DNA of 64,000 nucleotides from a virus: the IMG/VR virus record IMGVR_UViG_3300037010_001749, positions 1-64,000 of that record; one strand, 5' to 3'. This document shows, in pieces, positions 57,201 to 64,000 of the stretch. Numbering within the stretch: the first letter of the stretch is position 1; each line of letters begins with the position of its first letter. The notes beneath the pieces are model-generated. The model ran no database searches. It was not told the DNA's origin and saw only the letters and a program-made list of their open reading frames with translations. The translations under genes were made by a program, and so were the position numbers.

Positions 57201-60200
57201 CGTGCCGGCGATGGGGCAGTTGCGGACCTTGGCGTAGGGGCCGAGGCAGTCGAACGAGCCGCCGGGTCGGTGACCCACCGCACCGTTGGGCCAGGTGAAC
57301 GTGTCGGTCGGATGTGCGTAGAACTTCTGTCCTGCCATGACCTCTCCCTAGCGGCTAAGGAACCGCGGCTTCTTCTTGCCGATGAAGTTGGCCAGGCGTT
57401 CCACCTGGTCAGTGACAGGGACAGGAACCGGCTTGGGCATCGGCGCCGGCGGCTTGGCCAGCAATGCTGCCTGCACTGCGTCCGCGCCCTCGCCCTGCTT
57501 GGGCAAGGCCGGGCGGATAGCGCTGCCAATACGGGTCGGGCTCCAGTCCTTCTGCAGCGTCACAAGGCTGCCAGTGCGCTCCAGCATCAGTCGTACTGCG
57601 CGCCGCTGGGGCGCAGCCGGCCGTGCTCAATCAGAACCTGGATGATGAGGTTCATCTCGGCCCGGCTCGGGATGCCGAACTGTTCGTTGCGCCAGCCCTG
57701 CGCACCGTAGACGAAACGACGGACCGCGCTGCGGTGCAGCAGCTTGTCCAGCCAGTTCAGTTCATACTCGACCACGACTTCTTCGTAGCCGGAAGGACCC
57801 TTCGACCAGAAGGTAACGGAGCGGACTTGCATCAGGAGTTGTCCATTTCTTTGAAAGCCGCAGCAAGAAAGTCGACGGCGTCGGCCACGGCCTGGTCGTA
57901 GGTGTCGAGAACCGGACCGACCACGCACTCTTTGGCAAGTTGCCACCAGTGGCCGCCGTTGAGATCATCCTGGCGGAACTCGAAGCCTGCAGCCTGCAGG
58001 TGATGCACCGGAATCATGGCCACGGTGCGGACGATGGGTAGGTCTTGCATGCCTTCTCCTTAGTCCTGAGGAATCACGCAGTTGGCCACGTACAGGTCCA
58101 GCTGCGGGTTGAGGTAGTGCGCCCCTTGTGCCTCGGTCATGGCGATCTGCATGAGCAGGCCGCCGATGGAGTCTTCGATATAGGTCGACAGGAACCACGG
58201 TGTGCGCAGGCGCTCGCATTGCGCCTCGGCCTTGGCCACCCCGTCCTTGATAGCCGGGTCTCCGAAAGTGACGTGGCCTTCGGCGACCTCACGCAGCAGG
58301 CCCTGATAGTGCCACTGCCTGGCGTAATCCCGCTGTTTGGGCGACAGCTGGTCGTAGGTCAGCAGAGCCTGGTCCAGGCCGGCGTTGAAGGCCTTGCGAG
58401 AGAACGTCGCAGGCGTCACCAACAATTCCCGGTCCCGTGTTGAAGGCTCGAGGCTTTCGTACCACGCGTCAAAGTCCATCACTTTTCCTTCCAGTTGGCG
58501 CAGCAGCGCTGCGAGATCCAGTAGTCCGCTGAGGTGTCGCAGATCAGGTACTCCTGCAGCGCCTTTCGGGCTTCAGCCCGAGTCTCGAACTCGTCGACCG
58601 TTTCGGTGTGGCCCTGGCCACGTCGGTTGATGTAGGTCATTCCCTAGCCCTGGGGAATTTCGGCAACCGAGGCAAACCAGCACTCGGTCAATGACTCGTC
58701 GTCGTTGAAGGTCTCGAACAGGTACTCGCAAGCGGCTTCGCCGATGCCCTGCGCCGTGAACGCGTTCTCCGCCTGGACGGCGATCTTGACTGTCACGACA
58801 AACTCTCCCGGTTTCGTAGCCATGCTTTGGTTCTCCAATCGTTGGGCAAGCGCTGCACGCGCTGCAGCCGCACCCGCGGCTCAACGCTGGCGCAGAACGC
58901 TTCGTACTGCTTGAACAAGGTCTCAGCCTGCTTGGCGTAGGCGTGCGGGGGCTTGGTGCCCCAGTAGAACTCCAGCGAAGCCTCGCTGTGCCCTTCGCTC
59001 GGGTGCCAGCAAGCGATGTAGCCGCGGTTCACCTCGTCGTAGGGCAGGAACAGTTCCAGCTCGCGCCCCTCGGGCAGACTGCGCTCCTTCAGCGTCTTGG
59101 GCGGGATGCACCGGATCAGGACCGGCACCGTGATGAGCCAGTCGGTGATGGCGTAGCGCGGTCTCACTTCAGCCGCTCCGCACGGCGCGCCATCTTCGCC
59201 GCCAGCTTCTCGCGCTTGGCCGCTTCGACCTCGCGGTTGTGCTTGGCGATTTCCATCTGGAGGAGAGCCTGCTGCGCCCTGTTGGCGGTGCTGTTGCTGC
59301 GGTTCGGCCGACCAGTCTTTGACGCCTTCATGCCGCTGCTCGCGGCAGCTGCCATGAGCATAGCGCTGAGGCTAAGGCTGAATTTCTTGAGTCCGTTGAA
59401 CATGGAGTTCTCCTTAGGGTTGGGGAGCCGCGTAGTGCCGCGCAGCTTCCAGTTCGACAAGTGCTGTGATGGTGCGGTGCTTCTCGGTTTCTGCCACATC
59501 AATCTCGAAGAGCGTGTCTCCCGCTTTGCCGCACTGCACGACGTAGGCGTCACGCCAGGCCTCGGAGTAGAACCACTGCGTCTTTGGGTTTGTCGGGCTG
59601 TTGAGCGCGACGACGTAGATCTTCATGGTCACTCCTTAGGGTTAGGCAAAAGGTAGGTTCAGCATGGCGCCAGCGCCGTGCAGGATGCTGATGATCTTCT
59701 CGCCGGCGCTTCGCGTCGGCAAGGGGCCGGATATATGCTGCTGGCCGTCCACGTCGAAGACGTAGAAGGGCGGATATCGCCCTTCGGTCTCGTTCGTAGA
59801 CTGCACGCCGCTGCCATCTGGTGTGTCTTCGCCATCAATGGCAAGCCACCTGCGTGTCAGGTCGGGAGTGGTCATCACGCCCCCACCAGGTGGGCACGCT
59901 TTTCCAGCTCGAACAGGTGGCGATCACGGCCAGGCTCCAGCACCACGCCGCGGGCACGCTCCCGGGCCCGGTCGGCTTCCAGCGTCGTGTCGCCAGTCTT
60001 CGGGCCGCTGGCCAGCGCCGCGGCCGCAGCCACACGCTCAGCCGCCTTGGCCTTGCGCTCCATGCGCCTGGTGTAGTCCAAGCCACGAATGATCTCGTCG
60101 CCCCAGGCTTCAGCATCAGCTGCGCCCAGGAACTCGACATCGAAGCCGCCCATACGGGCTGTGGCAAGTGTGTAGCGGCTGGCCCGGTCGATGATTTCCT

Positions 60201-63200
60201 GGCCGTGCCGGAACTGGTCCAGGTACTGGGCTGGGCAGACGAAGATCTGCTGCACAGGGCTGGCGCCGAGGGCAATGGCCGTGATGTCGTTCAGGGTGGC
60301 GCCTTCGATGATGGCGTCGACCGTGTCAGGGTGCCGCAGCACGACCGTGAACAGGTTCGGGGGCAGGTAACCGGTTTGCTGGTTCATCATGAACTCCTTA
60401 GTCCCTAGGGACCGCTTGGTTGACGGCTGGGGCACTCCCCAGCCGGGTTGTTTCACCGGCCGTCGGCCGGTGTCTTCTCGCCGCGGATGTCCACAAGGCC
60501 GAGAGCCTCGCCGTACGTCCAATGGGCTCTGACTTCGTGTACCAGGAAGCCCTGGTCTCGCGCCTGGTAGATCAGGTCCACCATCTTGCGCTGGATGTCT
60601 TTCAGCGCGAGCGGCAGAGGGGTGTAACTGGTCATGGGTGTTTCCGCGGCTGGGGCAGGTCGCCTTCTTTGGGCAAAGCATTCCAGGCCTTGCGCTCGGC
60701 GTAGCCGCCGAGAAGGTAGCCAACAGCGAAGAGGGCGAGACCGAGAGCCACGAAGATGCCGGCCGACAGAGCGATGAACATGTCCATGTGGGCTCCTTAG
60801 GGTTGGGGAAGGTCGAGCTTGAAGACGGCGTGCTGCGTGGCAAGACACGCAAGGTGCCCGGCGTCCACGCTGGCCCGGCAAGCGTGGTACGGCTGCGCCC
60901 GTTCGTCGAAGAACAGGCACTGGCAACAGTGCGGATTGCCTGGGTGTTCCTCGGGGTGTGCAGGAACAACGACAAGTCGAACAGGAAAGCCCAGGACGTT
61001 CATAGCACGCGCTCCAAGAGGTGTTTGCGCTCCCGGTCGGCGTAAGCGATCAGCTGCGCCATCTTCGAGAGCTTGTCGGCCATCAAAAACCTCCAGTGAT
61101 TGAAAGAGCCACTTGTCGGCCCCATCGGTAGGCAGTCGGGCTGCCCTGCGGGTCCCGCAAGTTGTCGACGATGTAGTCGACGAAGCCCAAGCAGAAGTAT
61201 TTCACAGCTTGCCAGGTTTGCAAAATGTGATCAGTCACCGTAGGCCTCCTTAGCATTGAGGAGCCAGAGGATCATCGGCTCGGGGTCCGGCGGATTGCCG
61301 TTGGTTCCCTTGGAGTAGGGGCTGTGGTGCTCGCCGCTCATGAGGCGGTCACAAGCCGTGTTGCCGCGCACCTCGTGCAGCGGGCACTCCTCGCACTCCG
61401 GAGTGCCGGACCAATCCGGGTCGTCCACTTCACGCTCCTCCGCGTCGGTGTCGTAATGCTTCGCGCACAGCGCGCAGCTTTTGGCATCGATTCTGAGGGC
61501 AGATTCGCGTCCCTCCCCGGTAACAACGCCATCTGTGAAGCTGACGCCGTGCTTGGCCAGATTCTCGGGCCGCAGGCCGATCCACTTCTGCAGGCTGTGC
61601 GCCGTGGGCTTGGCCCTGGCCTCAGGCGAGTCGGCACAGCAGGGGTAGAACTCCTTTGACCAGGTTTTATAGCTCATTTCAAGCTCTCCTTAGCGTTGAG
61701 GACGGGCGTTCTTGCCCTTGGTGGTGATAGCGCCCTGGGCGTTGAGATAGCCCAGGGCGATAAGGGAGCGCTTCGCAAGCGCGAAGCGCTCGGTCGAGAT
61801 GCCGCGGCGCCGCAGTTCGTCGGCCCGTGCGAAGCTCTTCAGCCCACACGTCACGTCAAGCACCTGCAGTTCGTCGGCCGACAGAGTCGGGCCCGGCGCC
61901 GGCAGCAAAGGCGCCGCGTTGTCCGGATGAACGTAGACCGTCGGGTCCATGTACTTGCCGCAGAAGCAGCACGACTCAACGATGGCGAAGCCTGGCTTCA
62001 GGTGGATGTTCTTGTCCTTGCGACAGCTGAACCAGGGCGGGCTCCACGCATCGGTGACGCTGGCCATGCGGCCCGTGGCCAGTTCCAATGCGTCGTACTG
62101 GTAGCGAGTGCCACCGTCCCACACGCCAGCGTATGCCGGGATGTGCACTTCCGTGGTGGCGTGCAACTTGACAGACTTTCGTCCTGTGATGCCGCGCAAG
62201 TGCAGCGGCAGTTCCTTGGTGTCAACGTGAATGGCTTGGCTCATGGCTAACTTCTCCTTTGACTGACCACTATGGCCAGTGGCAAGCGTTGGCGCTTGCC
62301 ACTACCCACGAGGGATAGCGGTGCGTGCTTTACTCCGCAAGGTTCGTGGCGGGCATCTCCTTAGTACTAGGGACCGGAGCAGGCAGCACTCGCCGCGCCA
62401 GGTCATCGATGAGTTGGGCCACGACCGTCGGCACGCTGTCAAGGGTCTGGTCGTCGTCCAGGCGCCTGAGCCTGCGGTCGCGCTTGATGGCGATGGTGTG
62501 CTTGGCTACCGTTGTCGTGCCGTTCGCGTACACCTTAACGGTCATGGGGCGGCCGCTCAGGCTCTGTACGATCCAGGAAGGGTGCTTCAGGGCTCGGCTG
62601 TTGGCCCGGCCAGCCAGAAGCCTTGGGTCTGCTCCGGCCTTGGGGCGGTCAAGCACCAGGACGACAGCTCCGGCGTCATTCCCGGAAATAACAAGGGCTT
62701 TGCAGCCCGGTTCGATCGGTTTCATGCTGGCTCCTTAGGGTTAGGGAGTCAGGCTGCGCCGCTTGGCGCAGCCACGTGCGTACTCGGTGCCGGCCGCGTC
62801 CGTGGCCAGCGTGATGAGACCGTGGGCCATCTGGTTGTGGTCGAACCAGAGGAATAGCCAGGCACGCTGGCCGTACACCACGCAGGCCTCACCATCGGCC
62901 GGCGTCTCGCTCCGGCACAGCTCCGTGTAGAGGACAGGGCGGCAGCCGTGCGGCATCTCGCCCAGGTCGTGAGCCGTCAGCGGGTCGCGGCAAGCCACAA
63001 GGTCGGGGGCCTGGGCCATGCCTGCGCAGGCCGCTACTGCGCGCTCGGCCTCAGCGTGGAAGTAGACGCCAGACCAGAAGCAGTCGGCCATGGTGGCATG
63101 GGCATGGCCAAAGAAGTTGTGCATGGCGGCTCCTTAGGCGTTAAGGAGAAAGGAGAGGACAGCGACCATCTCCCGGGCCTGGTCGGGCATCACGTAGTCG

Positions 63201-63860
63201 ATGCCCGACTCACCGGGCCTGACGTCGGCCATGAGGTCGATCGACACCCGCTCGAAGGCAAGCAGGCGCAGATGGCTGCGTATGGCCGACTCGTTCCGGG
63301 CGGTCACCCACATAGGTGGCGCGCTCGGGCTGTCGTCGATGGTCAGCTGATAGACCTTGGGGCTCCGCTGGGCCCGGTCCTCGGGCCAGCCGAAAACCTT
63401 GGCCGCCTCGTGGGCCAGCCAGCATTCGAAATCGCTGCAGCTGCCGTCCAGGGTCTTGCGGCCCTCCAGGTAGGCCCAGACAACCTCGAGGGTGCGGGCA
63501 GCGAAGTCGCGGGGGTCGGGGCAGAAGTTGGGCTCGCGGTCCATGCGCTCTGCGCAGGCACCGCGGACGAACATGCGGAGATGGTTGAGTTCCATGTAGA
63601 TGCTCCTTAGGGTTGGGGAAGGGTCAGCGCAGGTTGATGTAGCCGGGCATGCCCACAGCTCGGGCGAACAGGTTTGCGTCGTGCCTGTTCGCAAGGTGTT
63701 GGATCAGGTACTTGGACAGGCTCACGGCTTCGTCGCTGAGCCGGCGTGCCTCGATGAACTGCTCCATGGTGACCTGGTCAAAGTGACCGGTCATCGGCAC
63801 GTGCTTGCCTATACGTGCTCTGAGCGGACGCGCCATGCGGCAGATCGTTTTTGGGTGCAA
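51286..63860 (-). other. Cluster of ~40 small co-oriented early ORFs, hypothetical
   Basis: Tightly packed, many with TAAGGAG RBS, e.g. 51286..51540, 51605..51880, 52750..53124, 53369..53713, 55812..56252, 56850..57338, 58060..58482, 58793..59167, 59875..60390, 61231..61677, 61690..62244, 62330..62725, 62741..63124. Confidence 0.75.
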
Positions 63861-64000
63861 GGTTCTCTCCTTAGGGGCTAGGGAAGGGGCTGGTTCGGTG
63901 GGTCTACGTGTTGCTGGTCGTAGGAGTCTCCTTAGGGTTGGGGAAGTAACTTAGTTACGGGGTTGGGCGAAACTGCGGAACAGAGGCGGTTACAACTGCG

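Larger units (their letters stand above)
37265..63943. promoter_or_regulatory. Dispersed palindromic motif CCYYAR-N2-3-YTRRGG, ~30 copies, mostly overlapping TAAGGAG RBS
   Basis: Copies start at 37265, 40670, 41737, 43070, 44212, 50389, 51548, 52279, 52555, 53234, 53790, 55183, 55582, 56263, 56835, 57346, 58058, 58642, 59412, 59634, 60396, 60795, 61248, 61688, 62359, 62733, 63132, 63605, 63869 and 63930; a few have one mismatch. Confidence 0.75.

Noticed and set aside
63946-63958. Palindrome GTAACT-T-AGTTAC as an operator
   Set aside because: Single copy at the window edge with no context to support it
1-64000. Integron integrase, other integrase or transposase
   Set aside because: No ORF with tyrosine-recombinase R-H-R-Y, serine-recombinase or DDE motifs was recognised; one could lie outside the window
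1-64000. tRNA or rRNA genes
   Set aside because: No cloverleaf or rRNA-like segment noticed and intergenic space is minimal; tRNAscan-SE would be needed to exclude them formally

Overview
GC-rich fragment of a tailed dsDNA phage, probably a siphovirus (tail tube without sheath, 1647-aa tape measure, lambda-like tail tip). The + strand from 1 to 18.1 kb carries an HNH gene, tail genes, a lysis cassette and a LamG adhesin. The - strand from 18.1 to 34.3 kb carries recombination and replication genes: Rad50/Mre11-like pair, resolvase, PolA, nucleotide hydrolases, primase-helicase and an SF2 helicase. The - strand from 34.3 to 64 kb is a dense run of small accessory/early genes. The standout feature lies at 44.6-50.4 kb: an integron-type array of 12 gene cassettes (11 complete attC sites plus 2 border half-sites), with no integron integrase in the window. 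Every cassette gene is inverted relative to its attC. Several attC loops supply the RBS/start codon of their own gene, and near-identical attC sites are reused with unrelated genes. The cargo looks phage-derived and includes an Acb2 anti-CBASS homologue and an Acr/Aca-like mini-operon. My inference is a shufflable counter-defence cassette system in a phage. Separately, a degenerate palindrome CCYYAR-N2-3-YTRRGG occurs about 30 times in the early region, mostly over Shine-Dalgarno sites, and was not seen inside the array. All family calls come from motif recognition by eye; no searches were run, so novelty is unconfirmed.
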